From Lama glama (lineage: Eukaryota), in contig CM052828.1 in NCBI GenBank assembly GCA_028534125.1, positions 9,114,001 through 9,178,000 on the forward strand: a stretch of 64,000 nucleotides of DNA, in the 5' to 3' direction. This document shows positions 49,301 through 61,554 of this stretch, one piece after another. The notes below the pieces were generated by a model. That model was not told where the DNA came from, ran no database searches, and saw only the letters and a program-made list of their open reading frames with translations. How positions within the stretch are numbered: the first letter of the stretch is position 1; each line of letters begins with the position of its first letter. Position numbers and translations under genes: made by a program.

Positions 49301-52285
49301 TTTCCCACAAGATGAAGTCTATAGACATAGGAGGAATTTACCTGTATGTCTGCCATTGTGAATCTTTCAGCATATCAGAGGCCCAAACCTAAAATTCTCA
49401 GTCTGAAATTGCTCCTTTACTAGTCCTAGCAGTGAGTATGACGTATCCTTGTAATACGCATGCTCTCATTCTGGAAACCAGCTCCTAATATTTTCACAGC
49501 CCTGTACCATTTAGCCATTTGTTAAGTGACATGTAAGTCTCCAAGGACCAGGTGACAGGCATGGTTGTGAGCACCCAAGAAGGAGAGCCACAGGGTCCAA
49601 GCTTCACTTCCCCCAACCCTTTCCCTTTCACAGGAAATATGAAGAAATATACCCACCAGAAGTAGACGAGTTTGTCTACATAACCGATGACACTTACACA
49701 AAACGACAACTGCTGAGAATGGAACACCTGCTCCTGAAGGTCCTGGCTTTTGATCTGACGGTGCCAACCACCAACCAGTTTCTCCTTCAGTACTTACGGA
49801 GGCAGGGAGTGTGCGTCAGGACTGAGAACCTGGCTAAGGTATGGCATGAGACTTCCAAGAACTCTGGTGCCAAGTTGGGCAAAAAAACCAGCCTCCTTCA
49901 GTTTCTGCCTTTCTTTTCAGTCCTTTGCCTTGGGCCCAGAAAAGCCTTTTAGCAATTGAAAGAGAGCTAACATTAAGAATGTGACTATTGATTGTGTTTG
50001 GCAGACATGGGTTGCCTAATCACAACTCTTAAAGAAATGTCAGGTTAGAAACTGTTCTCTTGTTGTATACAGACCACATGCAAGCACACACTACCCTTGG
50101 GTTTGTAGAATGGGAACAAAATAAATATGGTTTGATCTAGTTCTAATCTCATCCTAACATGTTAAATAATAAAGCACTATTTGGTTATAGAACTTTAGTT
50201 AAGGTACCATAAGAATTGGTTTGGAAAACGAGGTTTCCATTTATAATGATCTAATATATCTGGTGTTTCTATGCTACGCAAAGAGCAATAAGGATGTCTG
50301 TATAGATCTCCCAATGCGTGTCTTTTACTCTGATAAATTCCCACTGGTACTGTTCTAGTCTCTGAACTACATGCATTTGCCTGATAAATCGACAGCTTTA
50401 ATGTGGACATATTTTTGCCTTTGGCTGAAGGCTCTAGTCCACTTCGGTGGCCAGAGCGATGCTACTTGACCAGCATAAACCTGCACTACTCATGTAAGTC
50501 ACCCATCACATATACTGTTTGGTCAGCCAAATACTTGTGTATTACAATTTATTACAACATATATGTTATTCCGGTTATGGACAGGCATGGCAATCATTCA
50601 CCCAGCGAATAATTTTGGGCATCTATTTCTGTGCTCATCACTAAATGTAGGTTGAACAAAGATGACACAGTTTGTTCCCTTGACATTTCCAGGTTTACTT
50701 GTGACCTTAGTCAGGTTCCTAATTCCAATGAGATTTTTCTCTCTTGTGCTTAGTACGTAGCAGAACTGAGTCTCCTTGAAGCTGACCCGTTCTTGAAATA
50801 TCTTCCTTCACTGATAGCTGCAGCCGCTTACTGCCTGGCAAACTATACTGTGAACAGGCACTTCTGGGTAAGATTCTAATGACTTTCTTCTAGGTGAACT
50901 GCAAAGACTATCTCAAGTCTGTTCATTAATACGCAAGGCTTTGAATGGGCTGGCCTCTTACGAGCAAGGCTTAGTTCAATAGGGAACTGGGTGTCTTGCC
51001 AGCATACTACACCATGCTGCTGAGTGTTGCGGGGCCCTCTTCGTGGCTTTGACCCAGTGGCTTAGCCCCATGGGGAGGAGAAGTTGCCAGAAAGTCAGGG
51101 AGATGGTGGTAGAGATGGTGGTCACTCACTCAACAAAAGCAGGCCTGGAAACCTCAACACCCACCCTCACGCAAGGAGGGCCTCTAGTATAAGCGTCGAC
51201 CACTTCGAGACAAAAATGTGGACTTTTCCTCTCAGTGTAAAAAAAAAATCTGGATCCAAGTAGGATGGTCAAAAGGTTGTATCAGTCTTTCAAGGGAACA
51301 GGGCAGTTCGCATTGCTTTGTGGCCTGTGACGGTTAGCAAGATGGAAAATGGACCCCCAAGATTTGGTTCTGGAGGCTCACTTTTCATGCTAAAAGAGTG
51401 GAGCATCACCCACTTTTGTTTTCTAGGGTTCTTATTTCTTATACTGCTTTTGGCGAAGAATCTTTCATAGTCTATGTAAATAGAATGTTCAGGTAAGTAG
51501 AGGCTCTCTAGGGGCCAGTAAAAATCCTGCTCATGAGAGAACAGATTAAGTAAACAGTCCCCAAGCTGAGCATTAAATTGTACAATATGAGCAAATTTAG
51601 AACTCTGACTGTTCTTCCTAATATCTTATTTCTAAAGTCTCTGAAGGAGGATTATGGTTTCTTTTGGGATGAATATGGATACTTACTAAGTGATTCATGT
51701 CCTTTATTTCACAGTTTTCAGATTTTTGCTACCTTGTAAAGATACATGATGCAGTTTTCTTCTTTTGTCTTTCGTCCTGATTAGCCAGAAACCCTTGCTG
51801 CGTTTACAGGCTATTCATTAAGTGAAATTGTGCCCTGCCTGAGTGAGCTACATAAAGCGTGCCTCGTTATACCCCACCGGCCCCAGCAAGCAATCAGGGA
51901 GAAGTATAAGACTTCAAAGTAAGTTCCTGAAATTGTCCTGTCCACGGTCACTATTTAAAGCTTGAATAGGGTATAGTAATTTCAGAATTAAAAACTAGAA
52001 CAGGTTGTCCTGATTTGTACCTGATGCTAAGCTGGAAACGTAGGGTTGCATGTCAAAACAAGAAGATCAGTCTGGAGGGGCCTAGAGTTACAGTTTGTCG
52101 GCCTGCAGTACATATAGTCAGCCAGGTCCTTCCTTTCTCGTAAAACTGCTAGAAAGATTTCTGCGGCCTAAGTGACATTTTAAGACACCGAAGTCTTTGG
52201 CTGGTGCTGAACTTGCCTTGGGTCTCATTTCAGGCACCTGCACGTGTCCCTCATGGAGCCACCCGCAGTCCTCCCTCTGCAGTAA
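43139..52285 (+). CDS. CCNA1: Cyclin A1, spliced CDS join(43139..43303,47339..47585,47778..47902,48307..48530,49634..49838,50754..50867,51785..51918,52234..52285), 421 aa
   Basis: Exon lengths 165+247+125+224+205+114+134+52 = 1266 nt give an uninterrupted frame, and all introns are GT-AG. Contains the D-box [10 protein letters not shown] and the cyclin box with [12 protein letters not shown] (A1-type; A2 has MRAIL). Ends ...[13 protein letters not shown]. Confidence 0.97.
43947..43978 (+). mobile_element. Tail-only (A-rich) retrotransposition insert with 15-bp TSD
   Basis: aagaatggattttga at 43932-43946 and 43979-43993 flanks a 32-nt A-rich insert. Confidence 0.7.
44530..46290 (+). mobile_element. 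Long L2 LINE fossil (with a nested L2 tail at about 44950-45070) in CCNA1 intron 2
   Basis: gagtgtgccagggcttagt, ggatgtct..aggcatctca, tcagatcatgccactcctttgcccagaactctgcagtggc, and the L2 end gtgtctggcacatag...aaatctttgtttaatgaat. Confidence 0.85.
47339..47585 (+). CDS. CCNA1: CCNA1 exon 3
   Basis: Acceptor ttttctag|; [20 protein letters not shown]...[18 protein letters not shown]...[14 protein letters not shown]; donor CAG|GTGATC. Confidence 0.95.
47778..47902 (+). CDS. CCNA1: CCNA1 exon 4
   Basis: Acceptor cctgcag|; [42 protein letters not shown]; donor |GTGAGT. Confidence 0.95.
48307..48530 (+). CDS. CCNA1: CCNA1 exon 5 (start of cyclin box)
   Basis: Acceptor cctaacag|; [75 protein letters not shown]; donor |GTAAGT. 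Confidence 0.97.
49634..49838 (+). CDS. CCNA1: CCNA1 exon 6
   Basis: Acceptor tttcacag|; [68 protein letters not shown]; donor |GTATGG. Confidence 0.97.
50754..50867 (+). CDS. CCNA1: CCNA1 exon 7
   Basis: Acceptor gtgcttag|; [38 protein letters not shown]; donor |GTAAGA. Confidence 0.97.
51785..51918 (+). CDS. CCNA1: CCNA1 exon 8
   Basis: Acceptor gattag|; [45 protein letters not shown]; donor |GTAAGT. Confidence 0.97.
52234..52285 (+). CDS. CCNA1: CCNA1 exon 9, coding part
   Basis: Acceptor catttcag|; [16 protein letters not shown] followed by TAA at 52283-52285. Confidence 0.95.
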
Positions 52286-52477
52286 GTTCTAGAACTGAAG
52301 CACTTTCGGAACTTCACCTCTGGATCAACACAACTGGTCTTAATTTACACAGGTTTCTGCAGGTTGGGTCAACTAGTGTTGCTATGACATAGATGACATG
52401 TATTTTTTTTAAATGTAAATGTATTTAGGTTCCCTTAGACGTTAGTAGCTTGTAATATAGTCTGACAGTGTCTAAAG

Positions 52478-52483
52478 AATAAA
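52478..52483 (+). terminator. CCNA1: CCNA1 polyadenylation signal AATAAA (3' UTR about 52286-52500)
   Basis: First canonical hexamer after the stop, followed by GT/T-rich sequence (tgtgtgattt). Confidence 0.8.
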
Positions 52484-53850
52484 CAGCTTGTCTTCTGACC
52501 ATGTGTGATTTACTGATTACCACGGCTGGCATACTTGTCTGGAATTTTAGTTGAGAGTAATTATAAATGTCATCTCTATTTCAAGAATTCGTCTAAGTTG
52601 TTTTTGTAAATCTGGCACACTGTTAGGATTACATAGAGGAATCCAGAGATTTCTCATGCTTGGTAAACGGCTACCTGGATGCTTTTTCCTTCCTGTCTCT
52701 TACTACTCATATAGCTCTCTGTAGACTGGGAAGGGCAGAACTCCAAGCCTAGACAGAGTAGAGAAGGGATGGAAGCAAGTACTGTCTATTCTAGCTACCC
52801 TGTTGGGCCCTGGGGAGTAAAGGCAGTGGGGTTGAGGACTAACTGTGGTCAAGTGCCCCTGAGGGGTAATCTACATTTAATCCTAAATCAGGGATGTGAT
52901 GCTCATTTGGTAAAGGGACACCATCATGTCAGCGTTCAGTGTTGATCTAGTTACCCACCAAGCATATATTTCGGCCTTAGAAAATGCTCAGAGAAGTAGA
53001 AAAAGAAAATTTTACCATAGGATGGAACTTCAGAATAATTAAACTAACCCCTCATGTTTGTCCATTGGGAGATATCTGTGCTAAACGCAGCCCAAGCTCA
53101 AATTATTCATGATCCTACAGTTCAAATCACTACACATTCCCACATGGCCCCTTTCAGCAGCACTTAAAAAGTATACAAGAGGAGGAAAACTGAAACAAAC
53201 ACATGCTTGTCTGTAACTTTCTTTCAAAGATTAGAAGGAAAATCAAGAGCTGACTTGGCCTTGAGAGGGAGAGTGGTGCTCATTTGGGACTGAACAGAAA
53301 TTTTGTTAATCTCAAGATCAGCAGCCCTGGTCCAGGAGCCCTGGAGGGACACAAGCCTTGTGGCCAGGTGTGGCCAGGTTTGTCCTGCCTCCGGGCCTGC
53401 CCCGGGGTTGGGGCGAGAACCACAGATTTTCTTTACATAGAATAGATTATACCCAGGTAGGTTTTGGTAAAACGGGATTAGATGAAATTAACTCCAAATT
53501 TTAGGTTGGTTTCAAGCTCTAATGGAATTATCAATATAAAAATACAGCCCTATTTTACATATTTTGTGAAGAATTTTTTTGAAAGTTCCCAAAAGCTCTT
53601 AAAGAATTTTGGCATTGCCTTTTTTTCTCCCTGCATTCTCAAGGTAAGCATTTTCAAGGTATCTCCATTTCTGGTTCCATTAAAGAAGTTAGCATTTCCT
53701 TAAGTGTTTTGTGATTTATTGCATAAGTTTCACCAAGAGGAAAGGGGACACAGGACCCATATCAATACTGAATCTTCTGTTTTTGTTACGCAATTAGCAA
53801 TTTGTAATCTCACATCCTCACTTATGGCTGGGTGTGTTTCTGTTCACTGA

Positions 53851-53884
53851 GTGTGTGTATACACACACACACACACACACACAC
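53851..53884. repeat. (GT)4-AT-(AC)12 microsatellite
   Basis: Read directly from the sequence. Confidence 0.95.
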
Positions 53885-54759
53885 TTTCTCCTTTTGCACT
53901 TGGCAATGTAACAAACGTGCTGTGTAGTCACCATAAAATTGCCCTCCCCTCCAGAGGCCAGTGGGAGAGGGTAATTCTGCCTAAGACTTTGGGGGTAGAA
54001 ATGCTGTTTGTCTCAAGCTTTAAGGATGTGAAGGACTTGGCCACGGAAGCTTCCTCTCATCCTCTGCCAGTTGGTTAACCTCCCTCCTGTGAAACCTGCC
54101 TGTCTCAAACTGCAACAGTCTTAAACTTGAGGCTGTTCGAGCAGGAGCAGGAAGTTTGAAGGTTGGCCACGAACTGCATTCTCTACTGAGAAGGGCACAA
54201 TTTTAGGATTAAGAAGGACCACAGAAAGGGGTGGTGTGGATTTAGGCATCTAAAATAATGGAATAGTATCTCATTTCAGCCTTATTTCTGCCCCCACCCC
54301 TAAAAGCAAAGAGCCAGGGAAGGGGGAAGACTGATGTATCTGTTGGGAATGGACCATTTGATGTGGCAGTTGTGACATTTAGGGCAAGAGAAGGGCTGGG
54401 GAAGGTGCATAATGTTGAGAGGAGACGTCAAACCAGCATGTCTCATAGACTCAAAACAGGGTGGGGTATTTCCCTGATGCCTGGATCCATCCCTGTCCTC
54501 ACCATCCCGCTTCCATGGCCTTGGCTTAGCCCCCGTCATTTCTCATCTGTATCAATCACTATGGCAACCTCCCAACGGCTCTTCAGTTTCCTCTTCACTG
54601 TTTCCAGGGTTTCCTGAAACAAAGTGGATGATGTCTCTTTCCTGCAACTAATTCTTCAATGCCACATCACCACTGGGATCAAATAGGGGGCATGCAGCCC
54701 CCTGCATGGGCAGACCCTTGTCCACCCCGAACCAACAGCTTCTGCCTTTCCTGCTGAGT

Positions 54760-55072
54760 CACTTCTAGATCCTGCTGGGTCTTGTTCTCCCTCCGTTCAT
54801 TCCCTCCCCACCTGCTGCTTTCTTTCTAAAGATATTTCCCACATTCCTACAGCACAGGCGATTCTGCAGATCTAATCTTTGGCTTCAGCTCCCCATCAGC
54901 CTCAGGGAAAGGGTCTCTCACTACTGGCTGCTACCTGTCGGTCTCCCCTCCTGGAGTACACGCCCCTCCAGCATCTCCCCCGCCCTTGTATCTCACAGGC
55001 AGTTTCCCCAGTAAATCTCTTGCACATCTAGGCCTGTCTGGATGTCTGTTTGGGGGAGGCGCAAACTCACAC
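54760..55072 (+). mobile_element. ERVL LTR16-like fossil (5' boundary uncertain)
   Basis: 3' end cagtaaatctcttgcacatctaggcctgtctggatgtctgtttgggggaggcgcaaactcacaca. Confidence 0.65.
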
Positions 55073-55847
55073 AGAAGCCTTTTAAACCCTAAGAGGTGGG
55101 GATAAACAGCGTTTCCCAAATGTACTTGACTAAACATTCTTTACACAAACCTGTCAGTATTTAAAAGGGCACTCATGTTTTAAGGAACACAGATCAGAAT
55201 GCTCTATGGAAAAAGGATTAATTAATAACTACCTAAACTGACTGACATTTTAATTTCTACGCTATTTATTATTTGATTTGTACAGATATGTTTAAATTAT
55301 CTGTTAGTATATTTTGTATCATTCTTTCAGAGTCTTATCCAATTATTTCAGTATTCTGAACTTAAAGAATCCTTGGGGTAATATCAAGGAAGATTCTTCA
55401 CTGCTTAGATGCAACTGACATTATAGCTATTGCCCTGGTACCCAGGCAGGGGGACGAGGGGGCAACCCAGGCAAGTAACAGCTTTCTTCCTTGTGTCCCC
55501 TGGGGGGAACCTGTTGAATGCTGTTAATGCAAATCACCAAGATACTGACCGACTCTATATTAAATATTGACACAAGAGAGATTTCTGGAATACTTAAAAA
55601 TGCCTGACATGTTATTAGGCATTTAGTGATTTTATTATATGGTCACATTCAGGAGAAACTAAAGTTCTCATTACTAACGTCTGACAGTACAGAATGCTAA
55701 AAATTTGTAACTCCCTGTGCTGGTTTTTTGAAAGGAATTGAGCCCCCCAAGTAAATATAAATATTGTCTGCAGGAGAATCCTTCAGGTGTTGTGTTTTGA
55801 AAATTATGCAAAGATTCTTAGAATTATGTGTCCATTGATGAATGAAA

Positions 55848-55990
55848 NNNNNNNNNNNNNNNNNNNNNNNNNNNNNNNNNNNNNNNNNNNNNNNNNNNNN
55901 NNNNNNNNNNNNNNNNNNNNNNNNNNNNNNNNNNNNNNNNNNNNNNNNNNNNNNNNNNNNNNNNNNNNNNNNNNNNNNNNNNNNNNNNNN
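55848..55990. other. Assembly gap (within an L1)
   Basis: Run of N. Confidence 1.
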
Positions 55991-56245
55991 GTATGATCCC
56001 ACTTCTGTGAGGTATCTAGAGTAGTCAGATTCACAGAAACAGAAAGTAGAATGGAAGTGGCCAGGGGCTCGGTAAGGGGAAAAGGGAAGTTGTATAATAC
56101 ATGTAGAGTTTCAGTTTTGCAGGATGAAGAGGTTCTAGAGATGGGTTGCACAACACTGTGAATCTACTTAACCCTACTGAACTGTACACTTAAAAATGGT
56201 TAAGGTGGTAAATTTTACATTATGTATATCTTCCCACAATTTAAC
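55991..56245 (+). mobile_element. L1MB-type 3' end
   Basis: gagtagtcagattcacagaaacagaaagtagaatgg...cagttttgcaggatgaagaggttctagagat...actgaactgtacacttaaaaatggttaag. Confidence 0.9.
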
Positions 56246-56361
56246 AAATAACAACCTGAGAAGTTTCACACTGGAGTTTTTAAGCGTTCGTATACGAATA
56301 GTCCAACCAGTGGCAAAATACAACCTCCTTAAGAGCAGAAAGACTATTTTACTGATTTTTG

Positions 56362-56527
56362 CTTCACTGCTCAAAGTGTGGTCCATGGGTCAGCACCCCC
56401 AGCATCACCTGGGAGCTTGTTAGAAATATACAACCTCGGGCTCCACAGCGGATTTACTGAATCTGAATCTGAATCTTAATAAGACACCCAGGTGATTCAC
56501 ACGCACATTAAAGTTTGAGAGGCACTG
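56362..56527. mobile_element. MER5A/B hAT-Charlie element
   Basis: ctcaaagtgtggtcc...agcatcacctgggagcttgttagaaat...caggtgattc..gcacattaaagtttgagaggcactg. Confidence 0.9.
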
Positions 56528-57559
56528 CCCGACAGCACCTAACTCAGAAATATAAGAGTTTAATCACGTTTGGCTGTTGTTTGCAGACTAGACTCTTCAA
56601 GATTTGATAAATGCATTCAAACTCTTTGCCCTAAGGGTTGCTGTCAACACAAGACGTCACCATTATACAGAGGCTAGAAACCAGCAGTGAGCCAAGATTT
56701 ACATACATTTAAAGTGGGATTTTTAAAAAGTAACATTCTCTTTGATTCTCCATCCTGCATTTGGAAGAAACACTGAACTTGAAGATGGAGCCATCTTTGC
56801 CACCCTCCCGCTTTATTTTGGCCACTTAATGACCTCTGTGTGGCAGTATAACTCTGAGAAATGTACAGAAAAGCCAGCATTTAGTCTGTGGATACCATTC
56901 CTGTGCTCTGAAATGCCCCTCCCACAACCACATAGTGGGGAAAAGACCATGCATAAGGCCTTTGCTTACAGGCAGCATGCCCTCACAGCTTTTCTCTCTT
57001 GCTCCCCTTCCTCTTTCTCATTATCTCAAGAAGCTGAGCATCCCAGATCTGGTCGTGTCACCGTCCTATATACCCAACTGCCTCCCTACCTCAGCCTAGG
57101 ATGCTTAATAAGAGAGAATCCCAGAAACCATGGGAAGTGCAAGTTCAGGATCCGGGAGCTCTCAGACCCCCTCCTCCCAGGGCAGCCCTGGGCTTCGGTC
57201 TGAGGTTGTTGGTGGGTGGATGGGCCTCAGACGGAATCCTCCAGCCGGCGTTCTCCATGAGCAACACCTCGTAGTGCTCCCTGTGACCAATATGAGCTCC
57301 CGGTGTCACAACACTGGCAGTACTGAGAGCGGAGGATCTAGCCAACAGTGGCTTGTCCGCAGATGTGTGTCCTGTGGTTGGAGAAGTGAACAAGAGGGAT
57401 GCTCTCTGAATGATGAACATGCTAACCCACCAGGCAGAGCTTTCGTAGCTCCAGGCTGGAGAAAAGAGTTACTGTGTGTGCTAACGAGGTGACAGTGCGT
57501 GGTAATTCCACGCTATACTCGCTGGAAAATAAATTAGTATCTTGCATTTTTCTTGGATA

Positions 57560-57740
57560 TACACTTTTCAAAGCACTTTCAACTACATCATCTCATTTGA
57601 TCCTCACAAGACTTTGTGAGCTTAAATAGGACAGGTGTTATTATTAGCCCATTTTACAGAAAACTAACACAAGTCTTGGCAACTTTCGAGTCTGCAGTGG
57701 TAGTTGATGGCAGTGACTCAAATCCACTCACTTCACTCAT
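57560..57740 (-). mobile_element. MIR SINE
   Basis: catcatctcatttgatcctcacaa...attattagcccattttacagaaa. Confidence 0.7.
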
Positions 57741-60236
57741 CCCTTGACCACAAGTAACTGAATGTCTCTGGATTGCAGTTTTCTTAAATATAAATAGGAA
57801 TGAAAATAATTGGTTCTCGCCCACAAGGCAGTGATAGACGTGAAGTCTGTAGCCCAGTGCCTGCCTGCACACAGTCAGAAGTGGTAACTGTTAGCTACAA
57901 CGCTTATAGCCAGAGATCACACAGCTAATGTGTGATCACGTTAAACCTGGAACTCAAACCATCTTCTGCTTCTAAGTCCAATGGTCTTCCCATTATGCAT
58001 TAATGTGAGAGCCTTAGACCCATTTTGGCCTCATCTCCTTCAAGAAGTACTTTCTGATCCCATCCCATTCCTAGCAAGTGGCCCACCTTTCTTCCCTAGG
58101 TGTATTCCATCCATCACTAGCTCACCACTCCATGCATAAACCCACTAGGACCAGGACCCGTGCCTCGTTGGTTTTGGTTGTCTCCAGAGCTAGATCATTG
58201 CCAGCACATGGTAAGCACAATAAATGTTTGTCAACTTCAACTCAAGTATGGCTCCCTGATGGGAATTTTGACAGGAAGCAGTCTCCTGTCCAATCTGACC
58301 ACGCTGTCACCCTCTGCCTGTGCCTCTTTGTTCAGTTTGACCCCCTTTTGTCTCTTATCTCATCTCCTAGAGATCTGTTTATTAGCTGTGCCTATAATTC
58401 TCCAATTCTCATGCAGCATTTGAATAAAATCACAGTTTAGCTCCAGCTGTGCAGGTTTCTGCAACCTAATATGAAGCCCCTGCCTGCTGCTGAGAGAACA
58501 CACAGATGTGATTTAGAATTAGACTTCAGGGGAATGTTGCAGGTTGTCAAGGCTTCATTTCTGACCAAAGAAGGGGGAGGAACCCAAAAATGGGGTTGCC
58601 AGAATGAGATGGAAATGTCAAGAGCTTGAAAGGAAGCATGAAACTCAGACCCTAAACGACTGGATGATGCCAAGATGATGGCCTTTCGTTACAATTGTTG
58701 CTGTTTCTGCCTAATTCGAGGAAAGCGAATTATACTTGAGCAAAACAAATGCATTGCAGGTTATACATATCTGAATGCATGTTTGCAGATACGCAGAGCT
58801 ACACGTGCCTGTGTGGATGTACAGGTACCTATGTCTGTGTTTTCTGGAATTAGAAATCTCCATCCTATGTAGCAAAGCCTTGATATACAAGCCCATCTTC
58901 TTATTTAATCAGTGTTATTAATATAAATAAAACCGTTCAAAATTCTTATCACGATATAATGAAAGTCATAATAATAACCCATTGTCAAGCATTAGCTACT
59001 GCTTGCTCCTGTATACAACACATTGAATGACGTGACAGCTAGGTATTCAGTGAATGGAACTCCATTCTAACAAATTAAACAGTTTTAAGGAGGAATTTCA
59101 TAAGCTTAGGGGAGCATTTCAAGGCAACAACTCATTAAATATAAGCAATCTATCCTTTCCTTCCACATTAGAAATCTTATTGCTTTGGACCCTATGTTGG
59201 AAAAATGGCTTTTGCTATTTTTGCAAGTCATCCAGGAGAAGGAAAACACAGTGACTGCTTGATTGTTAAACTTCCAAGAGGATGTAATACAATATATTGA
59301 GATACTTTAATATATGAAATACGAACAAGGGTTCTCTGGATGGGTGCATCTATTTTCAAGCTTGTCTAACCCTATGAGAATAAAAGCCTTGCTCAATTTT
59401 ACACATTACACCCTCTGTATTTCTTGGTTTGAGAAAATATAAGCAGATTTGACTCCACTTTGTTTTGGCACGAGCATAGGTAGCTGATGAAGGTGGGATG
59501 TGACATGTTAGCCAACGACAGCCCGAGCGAACCAGCAGATCGCCAGGGTAGTTTCAAAATCAGTCAGTAACACAGTCCCATGGCAAAGTCGAGATTTCCT
59601 CAGACACCTAATGTTACAAGAAAGGTCACACTGTTAATTTTGATTACGGCTGTGATTTACACTGGCTCTCCAATTTTACAATGATTACAGATGAGCATGG
59701 AATTGGTGTCTAAAACACATTGGCTCAGGTGAAATCAGCAGGTTTTAAATGAGCAGCATACATTTCTCTCACTTTAGAAAATAATGAGGTAATACAGTTT
59801 TCTTTTATGAACTCTACCAACCCAAAGCATCGATGCAGTTGTCTTTACATTTCATACAGTTACCGCTTAATTTCTGATGCTGGGACAGCCACATCATGAG
59901 GAAAAGATAAGGAGTTTATTTTCTGTGAGTGACCCCAACAACCTCAGCCTCAAAAGAAGAAACACTGAAAACATTAACACTGAAGTTCTGCACTCAGGCC
60001 TTGGACACTCCCTTCTTCCCCTGCCTGGTTAGAGAAACTGGGCGGAGAGCGAGAAGTGCTTGTAATCCTTTTAGTTGTCTTTCACATACCGTTTGCCCAG
60101 AGGCAAGGTTTCACTTGAGTGATGGCTCCTGTGGTCCCAGTTTATGTAACTTTGATGGAGGCAAGGGAAAGAAGAAACACGCATTCCACCAGGCAGGTAT
60201 AGGAGGAGATGTCTAAGCTTTAAGCCACCCGGGAGA

Positions 60237-60656
60237 TGTTAAAAAATACAAATTTAACAGAGTAAATTTGAAGATCTAATTGGGTTTATTCAATGATTCA
60301 TGATTTTGCCCACCTAGCAAGCAGAGAGATCCTGCCTGGAGCTGTACAAAGTGGAAGGTTTTTATAGGCAGAAGAAGGGTGAGGCAAGGAGGTTTGCAAA
60401 AGAAAAGAGAATTGTTTTAAGCAGGGACAATCTTCTTTGGAGGGAAGAGGATGGCAGGAGTCTTACCTTGCAGACAACCTTGCTCGTGCTGACTGGAAAT
60501 TTCAGATTGATTGTTTACAAAGGTCAAATTCCCAGAGAAGGTTGAAACTGCAGGTAAGTCTTGGTGTGCTGTCTGGGGCTGGCTGGGCGGCAGGCTTGGG
60601 CAGGGAGGCGCGAGGCGGGAATGACTCAATATGGGGCTTGTTGGTTCTTTTTAACA
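60237..60656 (-). mobile_element. ERV1-class solo LTR, apparently complete (420 bp)
   Basis: Termini TGTTAAAAA...TTTTTAACA; 4-bp flanks gaga/ggga; minus-strand TATAAAAA (about 60359-60366) and AATAAA (60285-60290). Confidence 0.8.
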
Positions 60657-61072
60657 GGGACTATCCAAGAGTTGTATGTTTTAGGAGTCCTGAAAGGCAG
60701 GATTCTAGGCCAATTTGGAGACAGGAGAACATGAAAGGAAAAAAAAAAGAATTCCCAATGAAAATAATCTAAGCCAAAAACTCCGATGGGAAGCCAAGGG
60801 CACAGTTCAGAAATTCTGTTTAACGTATGAATAATAGGTTGTTTTGAATCCTAGTCTTACAAAAAAAAAAAAAAAAAAAAAACCTCTCAGAGAAGCCCTG
60901 ATCCAATCCACATTTTAGACTCACCCCGTCCCTAGACCCCTGAGCTGCTGTCATTGCAGAAAACCAGGCTGATATTGCCACAGAAGAAATGGGCAACATC
61001 TTGCAGAATCAAGTAGGATTTTCTCGTTTCCTCGGAGAGGTAACAATACGATGAGGTGAGGAAAGGAATTCA

Positions 61073-61548
61073 GCCAGTAATGTGCTAAATGTTTAACAAG
61101 TGGTTCCCGGGGAATATGCCTATATATACATACACACGTTTATTGTAAATTCTACAGGTGTTAAGAATATGTAGCACACAATTGATGAATAATAATAAGA
61201 TATATAATACTCGTCATTGTATATACAATATAACTACATGATTCTTACAGAATACTTTCGTTGATTTTTGCCAAACTTTTTATGGCCAATCTATAGTTGC
61301 AATTGAGAAATGGATATAGTGTGTACACGAATGTTAGTAGATACTTTCATCTAAGTCAATGAACAAGATTAAGCAAAGCAAGAAAGATGTTGGAACTCAC
61401 TTGTTTGTTAGTGACTTTGCTGGAAGAACACTGGAAGAATATTTCCTCGATTTTTTTACACTATTCACAGTGTAATGACCAAACATATGACACATTTTAG
61501 AAGTTTAAAATCTGCATTACTTACATTTTCTCTATTATTTTCTTAAGT
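61073..61548. mobile_element. hAT-Blackjack (MER63-like) fossil
   Basis: Starts ccagtaatgtgctaaatgtttaacaa, resembling the MER63 terminus, followed by an AT-rich body. Confidence 0.5.
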
Positions 61549-61554
61549 GCAAAC

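Noticed and set aside
43139-52285. Alternative calls of CCNA2 or a cyclin pseudogene
   Set aside because: The MRTIL motif, A1-type N-terminus, intact introns and uninterrupted frame all fit a functional CCNA1.
56742-57492. 153-aa and 120-aa ORFs downstream of CCNA1
   Set aside because: No recognisable homology or exon structure; lengths are compatible with chance.
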